Assembly: GCA_035084275.1 (NCBI GenBank)
Contig: CM068742.1
Location: forward strand, 128,526,001 to 128,590,000
DNA length: 64,000 nucleotides
Direction: 5' to 3'
DNA from: Hydrolagus colliei
Lineage: Eukaryota
The notes beneath the pieces were generated by a model. It saw only the letters and a program-made list of their open reading frames with translations, was not told where the DNA came from and searched no databases. The position numbers were made by a program, and so were the translations under genes. Positions 38,575 to 50,478 of the stretch are shown piece after piece (position 1 is the stretch's first letter; every line of letters begins with the position of its first letter).

Positions 38575-40019
38575 CATTCATAATACCAAGAGAGCAATTT
38601 ATCTTTCCAGGGGCTTATTAATTTAAAAGACCATTATTTAAACTAACAAAAATAAAGTGATTGAGACTGTGCAGAAACCTGCTTAACAAATTCAATTGCC
38701 ATTTTCATTAAATGATGCATGTTCACTGCCGACTCCTGTGGGACTGATTTGTCTTTTGCACAGTCCTTGTAATCACAGTAATGGGATATTATTGAAGGTA
38801 TGTTCCCTTACATCTGGGTCACATTGATTCATTTTATTAAGAAATGGCCGTGCATTGTAATTACAATTGGTGCTTTGATGTTTGGAACAGAGAGCAATTA
38901 AAGTTTTTTAAAAAAGCTGTAGTACTCTTCTATTTTGTTAAATACAACCCAGGAAACAAATGGAAGCAAAGTTAGCGTGCAATAATGATCTCTTGATTTA
39001 GCAGTAATGAAACACTTAATTATGAAATCCTCTGGCATGCTGACATAGGTAAAAGGAAAATTGAAGCAGATTCCAGCTGTATGAGGAGAACAGTTCTCTA
39101 CCTATTACCTCTATTCTCCTGGGAAACTTTGGCCAAACATAAACAGTTTGCGATTGCAGATTACAAGCAAGCGTTTTAGTGTTTTTTTCCAGTAGATTTG
39201 TAGCTTGCCAAGTGATTACTTGTGAGTTTATTACTTCGCAAGTAGTTTCTCTGAACTTGAACCAGATCATCTTATGACCTGAAAATGCACTGTATAGCAA
39301 AGACAATTTAAAACATTGGGATTCATGTAGATTAAGCCAAAATTGAAATAGTAATTTATTAATATTAATAATCCTAGTATTTGTTATATCACTGTTCATG
39401 TTGGGAATATGTATCAAAGCACATCAGAGAATTTAAAGGGAAGAGGAGTGACTGTACATTTGTCAGTGAATACAGCTGCCAATTTTCATACATCCCACCA
39501 ACAGCATGACATGAAGGACTAATCTTATTTTCAGGAATTTCAGGAATTGGCCATGAGAGGGTGGAGAGGCTCCCTTCCCTTTTCAAATCATGCCTTGGGA
39601 TCTTTAACCCACCTGAACAGGCAGAAGGGAATTTGGTTTATCATCTCATCCAAAATTAATAAAGAGTGAAGCAACACCCGACCAAGACACCCATAGTACC
39701 TGTTTATAATATGGATTGGAATTGTATCGGTTTAAAATATTGCAGGGCTCCACTGCATGTGATGTAAGGCCAATGGACATGAAAGAAGAATAAGCCAGTT
39801 GGTTGGACCTGCATTGTCAATTCCCTCAAGGCTGGTGAATCATGAACTCAGCAGCACTTGATGGTTTAACTAGTGACCACATTACTGATTTGCTTAACCA
39901 CAAGCTACACAAGAAAGCGTGGGCTCAAACTCAGATGAGAGAAGGTGAACAGACATTTTGGATTTAACTACCTGATATAGAGGGTGGTATCTGTACTGGT
40001 CAGTGCTGTCGAAATTGTC

Positions 40020-40170
40020 CAGTGTATAGAGCTGCAGCTTATGGAATACAAGCTTGCATGTTCGAATCCTTGGTCCATGCTTAGTTTTCTGGTCTCAGTC
40101 ATGGCCACTGAGAGAGGCTAAATTGGCCTTGAACTTCCTAGGGCTAGGGAGGGTGGGATATTCCAGCAAA
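40020..40170 (+). mobile_element. Ancient SINE, AmnSINE2-like
   Basis: GTTCGAATCCTTGGTCCATGCTTAGTTTTCTGGTCTCAG...AATTGGCC...GGGCTAGGGAGGG. Confidence 0.5.
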
Positions 40171-40969
40171 TTCACTGGACAAAGAAAGATCAAACAAAGA
40201 GATTAAACAGCCTTGTTAAATAAAAATAAATTGATACTTTACATTCTACAAAATATGGCTTAGTAGAAACAAATAGGATACAGATAATGGCACATATATT
40301 AAGTCAGAGTCAGCATTACTGTGGGCATAATATACTATTATGTGAAACTATGTAGAAAATAATGGATAACTGGGTGTAAATACAAGACATTGATCTCACC
40401 AAAGGGTCAATCGTGTTATGTGGATCCGTGACTACACCGCAGTCTGTAAATCGGACCCATGTGCCTGTTATTTTATGACACATGCTGTGTTCTTCATGGA
40501 TGAATTTGATTCCAGTTTCAGTCTGCTGGTCTTGTTTTTCTAGGCAGTAGAGACGTGATTGCGTTAAATTTACTGAGCTTGCCAAACGGGTGCATTTTAC
40601 TATGCACTGGTTGATAAACTTGTTGACGATCTATGAATTACCTCCTGGATATCTTGCAGTGTACCCACGGCTGAGAAACTCATGTGAATCTGATGCGTGA
40701 AGACATCCACACTGAAGGATTAATGGTTAGGATGAACTGCTCTCCGTCTACTGAGCAATAATCCATCCCTAGTTAAAGAAAAATTACAGTCAACATATAC
40801 TAAGGCAATAATACAAACATTAGGGATAATAACACCCAAAAGTTACATAGTATGGAATACCCCTACAATAAGAAGAGTAGCATTAAACTAGTGTTTAATA
40901 TGCACATTATGATTCTTTGGTGCATGTTAAGGTAATGTAGGGGCCCAAAATTCAGTACAGTATTCCTAA

Positions 40970-41120
40970 ACACTTTTGACTCACTTTTCCTTTTAACACG
41001 GAGCTGAAACGTTGACTCACTTTTCCTTTCTCTATAGATGCTGCTTGACCTGCTGAGTATTCTCAACAATTTCTGTTATTGTTTCAGATTTCCAGCATCT
41101 GCAGTATTTAGCATTTTTGT
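40970..41120 (+). mobile_element. Penelope-like element terminus fragment
   Basis: CTGAAACGTTGACTCACTTTTCCTTTCTCTATAGATGCTGCTTGACCTGCTGAGT...TTCCAGCATCTGCAGTA; homologous to 50365-50478. Confidence 0.65.
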
Positions 41121-41617
41121 TCAATTAACTTCTCCAATTCCCAGAAGGGTTATCTAAGTAATCGTATTATTTCCAATTCACGTTTCATTCTGAGTTTCCT
41201 GAAAGTTGGTTCTTGTTGGAGTTCAGCTCCATGGACACTGGCTAATACTTGATATTTTGCTTGAGTGCCTGTTCTTGTGTGAGCCTGGTTAGTGAGTGTC
41301 AAGAGGCTGTTAATCAGAGGACTAAGACCTTGAGTTGACTTGGTGATTCAGTATTAGCAGCAGTTCTTGGGCACACTTTGGGGATCCCCATGCCTTAGCT
41401 CTTCATCTTACACCTGTGAATGCATGGGTGTGTATTTGCAGATGTGAATGTTGCTTCCAGGAGGTGCTCAGTCATCTTTTTAGCAATACACTATACATCT
41501 ATATAGCACCTTTCACATTGGGAGGAAGTCTCAGTGAACGTTTGTGGGACACTGCTGTGCGCAATTGGCTGATGAACATTTCCCATACAATTTACAGTGA
41601 ATGAACTTTACAGTATA

Positions 41618-41936
41618 TAATAATAATCCTTGCATTTAATTTGGCGCTTTTCACGTCTTATTGACGTCTCAAAGCGCTTCACAGAATATACTGTAAAGTG
41701 AATTAACTGTATATTTGTGGGCAAAAAGCAGCAGCCAATTGCACACAGCAGTGTCCCACAGACAGTTATGGATTGAAATGACCAATTTTATTATTGTGTG
41801 TTTATTTTGGAGGGATTATTATTAGGCGTGTGGAGTAAGGAAACTTGCCTAATGTTACACCCTGATCTGCCTGGATTTGAACACAGGTTTTACGCTTGTA
41901 AGGCGAGTGCTCTAACCATTGAGCTACAGGAGCTCC
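41618..41936 (-). mobile_element. Full-length young tRNA-derived SINE
   Basis: Complete head, body and tail on the minus strand. Confidence 0.9.
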
Positions 41937-44409
41937 ACATATAGAAGCACTTTCAAATATCTCAAAAATGTGATAAGAAACTAACTTAAATGTAAGGATT
42001 ATTATTATTAATGGTATTAATGGTGTTGTATGCACACACAGCTCTTGTGGGGTTTTCGGGTCACTACTGACATCTGATAAGTGCAATCAATGCTTGCGAG
42101 AGCACTTATCACTGAATTGCTTGGTGACGAGTAGTCTCATAAGCATTTCCATCTATATCTAGGGACATCACTGAGATAAGGAAGCAATGTACATGCGCCC
42201 ACCATATGCAAGAAGCTGGCTCCTCAGCAACAAGCAGTCCACAATTCACGTGCTATGGAACTACAGCTTGCCTGTGTTATAGCTCAACTTACAGTCTGCT
42301 GGTACTGCAGGGTCAAACTGTATTATAACATTAATTTCATATAGCCAAAGGGAGTATTTCACCAATTAGCACTTTCCCCTAGATCTTCAGCGCAGCATGT
42401 TTAACCTCTGGTGCCGACAAAAGAGAATGAAAAACCCACCTCAGGGCACGACAGTGCTCGTAGAGGTTGTCCTGCACTGAAGGCTACAACACATACACAC
42501 ACACCACATTTATGTTACATGAGCTTTTTGTCTCAAGCAATTTGACATCTTTATACTTATCTTGTTATTGGACTGCATCATTTTTCTATGCATTTATTTT
42601 TACTCATAAGCATGAATGAACAGATTGGATTTTCTTTCTGTCACTTCTACTCACTTGGTAGATCAGGGCCAATGACATAGGGAGTGGTGGGGGGTGGTTC
42701 TAAAAAGCAATAATCATAAACCAGATGTGTTGGTTAATTTCCAGATTGCGAGATTTGCAAATCGGGAGTTGGGAATCCTAAACTTGAGAAGTGGCAATGC
42801 AATGCCAGCAAGCAAATAAGATGGCTACAGTTCACACAAATAGCACTGGTTTGTGAATAACAATTTATTTGCTCATCTCACATCTGAGTCAGAAGGATGT
42901 GTGTTTAAGCTTCATATGGGAACTTTGAGCGCACAGTCTATGCTTACACTCCAGTGCAGTACTGGGGGACTGTTGCATTGTTGGAGGTGCCACCCTTCTC
43001 ATTAAAACCAACCATGTCGGCTTCAAGTGGATGTTGATGATTCCACATCATTTCGTATTCGTCTATAAACACATAATCCCTGCGATTTACAGTAGTTCCT
43101 GAGAAGCACTTTGAGAAGGATTATTTATTTCAAATACAATCTAAAAAAAAATAACTTGCAGAACATTGTAATTATTTTGTCATTTAAAAACCACGTGGAA
43201 TCTAAATGTGAAACCTAAACATTGTATTGTTATTTTTTGCTAAACACAGAGCAACAACAGGTTAAAAAAAATCCCATTAAATACACATTCCCCAAGTCAT
43301 TGCAGTTAAGTTAATCTGCATTCTGAACAGTGCTCCGTCTCAAATGCCAGCAAAACTTTAAATTACACCGTCTGAAAATTGTAGTTAATGCTTTTATTAT
43401 TAGCAGAAAAACATGTGTGTGTTTGTTCGCCTTCCCTGCCCTCCAGCAGTAACCAAGATAAGTTTAAATCCGTGCTTGGTTCTGCTCCCATCATTTATGA
43501 AGTATGTGGTGCTGGCAATGCAAGATGCTCTTTGACCCTCTGTTAGTTCCATCACTCAATTTGGAAAGTTTATATTGAAACCATTCCCAGTAACAGAGTA
43601 AGACGAATGGGAGAAACATTAACCCTTCTCCCCTTCCCCTTCCCCACTGGGGGAAAAGAATGTTGAAGAAATATATCTCCATTCAAATAAATGTGGCGGA
43701 GATTGAACGTAGATATTTTGGAAGGGTGCTGGATGATGTTTCTGTTTAACTTTTCTGATAGGTAACAGACCACTGGGTGTGTAATGATTTACTAACCGCG
43801 AAGGTCTTGCCGTCTCGATTTCCCACCCACCAATGGCACATCTGGTATGACCAGGGCCCCGGCAGCAAATGCTCTCCCGCCTGCTGCACACACTTGATAT
43901 TTCATATGTGTGCATCGAGCTGCGTTGCATATTAATTCACACCAAACCACAGCGGTCAGAGAAAGAGAACTGAGTCAGCTAAACGACAACAGAGAAAGAC
44001 AGAATGAACAATAATCCAGAATCAATAACCACAGTCATTATAAAGTTTTAATAGGTCAAGCACTTACCCTCTTACTCTACTCACCAATACACCTCAATCA
44101 ACTCTCCCACTTGCATGTATTATGCTTGGACAGCACTAATGCTACAGAAGTTGTAAACTATAGTTTGTTCCATTTGCACATCTTGGATCTCAGTGGAGTA
44201 TTTGGGCAAAATGTGTGATGTTGCACAATGGACTTAATGACATCAAATCCAATCTCTGAAAGTGAAGAATCTAAAACAACTCCTCCTCCCCATTCCACAA
44301 ACATACACTGATTATTAATAGTTTGACTCTAAGACTCCTTCCAAAATTGTTTGTCCCCCACCATCGCAGCCCCATGTTTTGGGAGAGGTTATTAATAACA
44401 AGAAGAAAA

Positions 44410-44845
44410 ATGACAATCCTTACATTTATATATTGACTTTCACATCAGGAAGAGTTTCACAGCATTTACTGTAACGTAGAGTGACTATATTTTGTAGGCG
44501 ATCACAACAGCCAATTTGCATATAGCAATGTTTCATAAAAAGCCATGAATTAAATGAGGATTGTTGCAGGATACTGGGAGAAATGTCCCTCTCTTTTCAA
44601 ATAGTGCTATGGTATATTTCATGTCCACCTGAATAGGCTGATGAGGCCTTGGTTTAAATTAATGTCTAATCCGAACAGCACCTCCAAGGTAGATATCCCC
44701 TGGAGGGCGCTATATAATTGAAGTTGTTGAAGTTGTTGTTGTTGTTGAACACTGGGAGTGTCGGCCTAGACTGTATGAGGTCCAATCCTGACATGGGGCT
44801 TGGATCCACAACTGTTTGGCTCAGAGGTATGAGTGCTACTGACTC
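44410..44845 (-). mobile_element. Deu-domain SINE, near full length, with a small L2-tail insertion
   Basis: Deu core and head (GGCTCAGAGGTATGAGTGCTAC); GGCGCTATATAATTGAAGTTGTTG insert at about 44705-44750. Confidence 0.75.
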
Positions 44846-45269
44846 AAACAATCTGACTCCCTAAACCAATATTCTACATCAAGTTGCAGTTCTGAGTTGC
44901 CAATCTCAATGGTTGAGATGAATAATAGAGCGTGACAATCTCCCAGCCCAACCGATGTACTGAAGCTTGGGGTTGACGCTGATTGTGAATTGTCGAGGGA
45001 TGTGATTCCTACAAGGAAATTGGGACTCGAGATATTTTTAGTCAATTAACATGGAATCAAAAGCAAAAGACTATTATTATCACGCTACAGATCTGAATTA
45101 GCATCCCATTGTATAACTTTTCAACTGGCGGGTTCCTCCATATGTACAAATTTATCTTGATCTGTTTAATTTTTAATCTAGATATTGCATCCCTCTCCTA
45201 TCTCTGTTTATTGCCAATGGATTTGGGTGAGAATGGGGGAGGTGGGTTCAAGGACCTTGGAGCGGTAGA

Positions 45270-45983
45270 GGACATAGACATGCTGCAGTCCCTCTGCTTC
45301 ACCCCTTCCCTGTCCTCCTTAAAGTCCCAAGGTGCTGGAATGACGATATTCTTTTCAAACGCGCTTTTGGTCACCTTTTTCCCTCTCACCCTGACTCTGC
45401 CATGGGATCCATTATTGTGAAGCGCTCTGAGTCACCATCTGGCGTGGAAGGAGCTATATAAATCCAAGTTGTTATTTTTGTTGTTATTCTGGACCTGAGC
45501 TGGGAGTAGGGATTGGGGAAGGTGGAGGGCGGGGGGGAAGGAGATTGATCGAAAGCGCGGTTTCAAAGAGGAGGGCCGTGAAGTGGGTCTTGAAGGAGGT
45601 GAGGATGGGATGAGGTAACGAGACTGCAGGATGGAGTTCTAGAGGATGGGGCACAATGGCTGAAGGTCAGCCTGATAATGGTGGGGCAGGCGAGGTGGGG
45701 GACATGAAACACGCCTGAGCCCGCCAAGTAGGGGGAGCAAGCAGGTTGGTAAGGGGTTATGAGGTTGCAGAGGTAGAGGGGAGCAAAGCCAGGGAGGGCT
45801 TTGGAGATAAGGACCATGACCTTGAACTGTATCCTCTGTGTGATGGGAAGCCAGTGGAGTTGGGTGAGGGAGGGTAGGATTGGTATGGCCACAGAGTCCA
45901 TTGTGGGAGAGGACACAGGCTGCAGAGTTCTGGATGATCTGCAGTCTGAGGAGTTGGGAAGGCCCAACTCCTCAGACTGCAGA
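45270..45983. mobile_element. Two tail-to-tail L2 3' fragments (45270-45488 +, 45490-45960 -)
   Basis: Minus copy encodes the LTQLHWLPITQRIQFKVMVL remnant; plus copy ends AAATCCAAGTTGTT. Confidence 0.8.
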
Positions 45984-46017
45984 GTTTTACTGCTAGCTAA
46001 TTCAAAGTTTAATACTA

Positions 46018-46437
46018 CAGGTATCCCTCCCCAACCGCGGGGTATACGTTCCTGAAAACCCCCGTGGTTAGTAAAACCACAGTTGGCAAATACAAGGCCT
46101 TATGGAAAACATGGAGTTGGGGGAGTAAATTGCTTGTTCTTTTACTAAACACAAAAAAACACAATAACCTAACAAAAACAATAAATGTTCAAATAACACA
46201 ATAAAAAAGAATATTAAAAAAATTCATGTTATTTACCTTAATCCTAAGAGAGAAGTGACATCGTGGCTGGTTGATTGTGACACCGCAATTGGGTCCTAAC
46301 GCCAAATGCTAGTGTTAGTGTTAAAACCCGTGGATACTCAAAATTCATGCCGCGGTTGGCAAAGGTTGTCGCAGAGTGGAAACCGTGGATACGTGAAATC
46401 CGCGGTTGCAAAGACCGCGGTTGGGGCGGGTTACCTG
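46018..46437. mobile_element. Tc1/mariner (Tigger/pogo-type) MITE, 420 bp
   Basis: TA target duplication; TIR CAGGTATCCCTCCCCAACCGCGG vs CAGGTAACCCGCCCCAACCGCGG (21/23). Confidence 0.88.
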
Positions 46438-46454
46438 TATTGCAATTACCTTAC

Positions 46455-46730
46455 ATCCTTTAGATGAGGTGTTAACTAAGGTTCTGTCTGCCTGTTCCAG
46501 TGGATGTTAAAGATCCTACAGGTATTTTGAAAAGAGAAGCGTTTCTCCTGATGTTCTGTCCAACAATCTGCGAGATTAAAGAAATTGTTCATTCACTGTT
46601 TGTGGGATATTTCTGTGTGCAAGCTGGCTGCTGCATTCGCCTACAAATACACAGACACTACACTTTGTTGAATATGCTTTGAGACATTTTTCAACATAAT
46701 AAGGCACTACATTAAATGAAAGGACTATTG
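46455..46730 (+). mobile_element. Deu-domain SINE 3' part
   Basis: GTCTGCCTGTTCCAGTGGATGTTAAAGATCC core and tail. Confidence 0.7.
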
Positions 46731-47744
46731 TTTTCCAGAGCAGAGGTTTGCGATACAAACAAATAAATAATAATAGGCCTTGCATTTAATATAGCATCTA
46801 TCACATGGGGAGGACATCTCAAAGTATTTCACAAGCTTTACTGTGAAGTGTTGTGACTATGCATTTTGTAGGCAAACACAGCTAATTTAAGCACAGTAAT
46901 ATCCCACGGATATCCTTCCACCTAATCAAAATATTTTCTCCAAATCATGTAATTCAAACACTTGTTTAATTTAATGCTGTTTAGTCTACAAAAGAACCTT
47001 AATTTAAACTATCAAAAGATATGCAAATGACTGGGTTTGAGACACTGAATTATTTTTCTTAATTGACCTGTCATTTGTCATTTATACCAATGAATTATGG
47101 AAGATACCGCAAGAGCTGGTAACTTATATTGTGAAATTAAATTAAATGCCACCGTTCAAAAAAATTATTGTTAAGCAGCAATGTTCTCTGTACTTCAAAG
47201 ACCACCACTGAGTCAGAGGAATTGGTTTCTCATTGGAAAGTAAAATGGTAAACTCTATCTTTGCGCAAACTGAAAATGGTGATCCGCATTTCAAAACCAT
47301 TCACAATCCTGTCACAGCACACACTCTGCAAACTGTGTTGTGATCTTTGCTGATTGAGACCAAACTCTTAAGTTCAAATGTAATGCATCTTCGTTTTATG
47401 TACTACGAAGATCCGTGGAGTGACCCTGATGTGACTTGTAAATTCCTCACAGCCTGAAGGATTGATTGAATGTGTTACCCATAGCACCAAGTAAACCAAT
47501 AATGCAGATAATTAATGGATCTGAAGATATTATTAAGGTTTCTGTAACAAGTATCCCTAGATGATTATCGGCACACAGGTCTGGCAGGCTGTATCAGTGT
47601 TGGTATACACACATTAATTAGTGCAGTTTGCCAGTCTCTTCCCAATTATTCAGTGCCTAGTTGTTAATACTCTCATTGCATTCAATGTTAGAAATCCAAA
47701 GAGAGACACTGTTTGAAAAGAGAGGGGAGTTTGCTAGCACAAGT

Positions 47745-48051
47745 GGAGTCCTTTAGCTTAGTGGTTAGAACACCCGTTTTACAAGTGTGAGACCTGTGTT
47801 CGAAACCAGGCAGGTCAGGGCGAAACCTTGGGCAAGTTTCCTTAATCCACATGCCTAATAACAATCCCTCCAAAATAAACACAATAATAAAATTGATAAT
47901 TTCAATCCACGACTGTTTATGAAACACTGCTGTGTGCAATTGGCTGCCACGTTTCACCCACAAATGTACAGTCAATTCACTTTACAGTATATTCTGTGAA
48001 GCGTTTGGAGACGTGAAAAGCGTTATATCAAATTCAAGGATTATTATTATT
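47745..48051 (+). mobile_element. Full-length young tRNA-derived SINE
   Basis: A and B boxes, AACCTTGGGCAAGTTTCC, (ATT)n tail. Confidence 0.9.
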
Positions 48052-48210
48052 TTGACACAAAGTGCAGAAATGTGCTGCCACATCGTTATTGGGACATTGC
48101 TATATTTAAAATAGATGCCAAATTTTCCTCCGAAAAAGTAACTAGAATTAACAATAAATAATAATAAGAATCCTTGTATTTAATATAGCACCTTTCACTT
48201 TGAAAGATGT

Positions 48211-48554
48211 GGAGCTCCTGTGGTTTAGTGGTTAGAGCACTTGTCTGACAAGCTGGGGAGACCAAGCTGGAGAGACCTGTGTTCGAATCCAGGCAGGTCA
48301 GGGCAAAACCTTGGTCAAATTTCCTTACTCCACATGCCTCATAATAATCCCTCCAAAAAACCCCACAATAATAAAAATTGATCATTTCAATCCACGACTG
48401 TTTGTGAAACACTCCTGTGCGCAATTGGCTGCCGCGATTCGCCCACAAATATATACAGTCAAGTCACTTTACAGTATATTCTGTGAAGCGCTTTGGGGCA
48501 TCGATAAGATGTGAAAAATGCTATATCAAATGCAAGGATTATTATATAATTATT
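48211..48554 (+). mobile_element. Full-length young tRNA-derived SINE, 14-bp-duplication variant
   Basis: CAAGCTGGGGAGAC-CAAGCTGGAGAGAC between A and B boxes; nested in a minus-strand tail fragment. Confidence 0.9.
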
Positions 48555-50098
48555 TGGGTGGACGTCTCAAAGTGCTTCACAGAACATATTGTAAAGTGTA
48601 GCTACTGCAAAGTGTAGCTGCTTTCAGGGCCTTGGGATGTCCACCCAATGTGAAAGGTTCTATACAATTGTAATTTTGTTGTTGTTGTACTGTGTATTTT
48701 GTAGCTGAACGACAATTACTTTAAAGCGCTTGGAGACATTTTGGCAAGCAGTAAAAGGCAGTATAAATTGCATTCCGAGAGAGGTGTTTCCTTGCACTGG
48801 CTCTGCAAAAACATTTCAATAATGTAAATATCGAATGTAAGGATTATTGTAAGGAAGGATCAGTCACAGTAAATTAGATTTTAAGGCAATGATTTCACCT
48901 CAGGGCTTTCTTAGGTAGTCTGGCATCATCTAATCATCTGGATGAAATTCATGCTTTGTATTTAATTACGGGGTTCCATGGCTCTCATCATAAATTGCAG
49001 CTATTGCGCCTACAATTCAGGGAAACTCAATACCAGAGGTCAGTATGTCATAGCCTTATTAACGTCACTCAGCCCACCAACAGCAGTATCTCACTTGGAA
49101 CTACAGCTACTGAAATAAAGTGTACGTAATAATAATTATTATTAATTAAGCATAATTAATTGTAATAATCCTTGCCTGTGATACAGCTCCTTTCAAGTTG
49201 GAAGACATTTCAAAGCACTTCATAGGAATTACAATAAAGCGTGTATATTGTAGGCAACCATAGCAGCCAATTTATGCACAGCAATGTTCCATAAACAGCC
49301 CATAATAATCCTAGACTAATCCTCACATTTGATCTGGAGCATTTCACATTGTAAGGACATCTCAAAGCACTTCACAGGATTTCTTGTTGAGTGTAGTGAC
49401 TATGTATTTTGCAGGCAAACATACAAGAAAACTGACTGTGATGTATTTATGGATATATTTTGTCTCATACATAACCTTCTGCAAATGTAACTCATTTAAC
49501 CTGATGAAGGTCTTCCATGACAATTATGGAGTTTGTGGCTTCTTGTTTTGATTTGCTGTCTTGCAATGTGCTTCAATTGCATGAATACCACAGGGGATAA
49601 CATTGCACAGTTCCACTGGGAGATTTGAAGTAGCCAGGAAATTATAGAAGTCATGATTGCTGGTCTAGAACAAAATCTCTATCTGTCAAAAATATCGCCA
49701 AGTACGGGAGACCAAAAATTATACAAAGGAGCAGCAGAATGCAGAAGACATAAAATGATAGAAATAATAGATGCGTGAATTCAGATTATCATGGGGAAAT
49801 AAAGGAAAAAGCGAGGATATTTTTAACGGAAAGCATTATTTGGATGTGAATTGTGTTACTGCAAGTCACTATAGAAGCCAAGTCATTGTGTCATTTAAGT
49901 GGGAATTAAAAGCTTGAAGAATAAAGGGATTTGAGATAAAGCAGGAAAATTGGATTACATATCTCCATCAGGGAATTAACATGGCATAGACATGACAAGC
50001 TGAATTCCCTAACCATTTTCTGTGCTGAAATGTCTATATTTCAAACCAATGAAGTAGAAACAATTAATGCCTTTTAACATGTTTTACTGAATTAGGCA

Positions 50099-50478
50099 AT
50101 AAAAACAGAAATCGCTGGGAACATTCAGCAGGTCAGGCAGCACCTATTGAGAAAGAAAAGTGAGTCAACGTTTCAGGTCCACGACCCTTCGTCAGAATTG
50201 GGGCATTGGGAGGGAGAGGCTTTTAAGGACTAACAGAGAGGAAGAGGCAGGGTAAGGAAGTCAAAGGAGAAAATGGGGTAGAAGATAGCAGATGGTGGGT
50301 TAAAGGAGTGTTAATGTTGTAAAACAAAAGGGGGATTGCAACAAAACTGGAAAGAAGAGACCCAAAATGTTGATTCACATTCCTTTCTCCATAGATGCTG
50401 CCTGACCTACTGAGTGTGTTCCCAGCGATTTCTGTTTTTATTTTAGATTTCCAGCACTTGCAGTATTTTGTGTTTTTC
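50099..50478. mobile_element. Penelope-like element remnant with inverted terminal arms
   Basis: About 75-bp arms 50099-50173 and 50365-50441 are reverse complements with few mismatches; hammerhead core inside. Confidence 0.7.
50163..50199 (-). ncRNA. Minimal type I hammerhead ribozyme motif (Penelope-associated)
   Basis: AAUU-CUGACGA-AGGGUC-GUG-GACCU-GAAAC-GUU-GACU: both catalytic core boxes, helix II, palindromic ACGU in place of helix III, weak helix I. Confidence 0.6.

Noticed and set aside
40316-40630. About 105-codon open minus frame as a standalone gene or viral insert
   Set aside because: No recognisable domain; the opposite strand gives an equally protein-looking frame, so visual plausibility is not evidence.
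41865-41936. tRNA-Val(TAC)-like genes (also at 658, 47745, 62825)
   Set aside because: These are SINE heads: each runs into the same SINE body, with imperfect acceptor and T stems and no terminator.
42075-42111. TGATAAGTGC / GCACTTATCA inverted 10-mer
   Set aside because: Short stem with poor extension; within chance expectation.
49500-49530. CTGATGAAGGTC possible hammerhead (also degenerate motif near 27150-27190)
   Set aside because: No GAAA box in register; too decayed to call.
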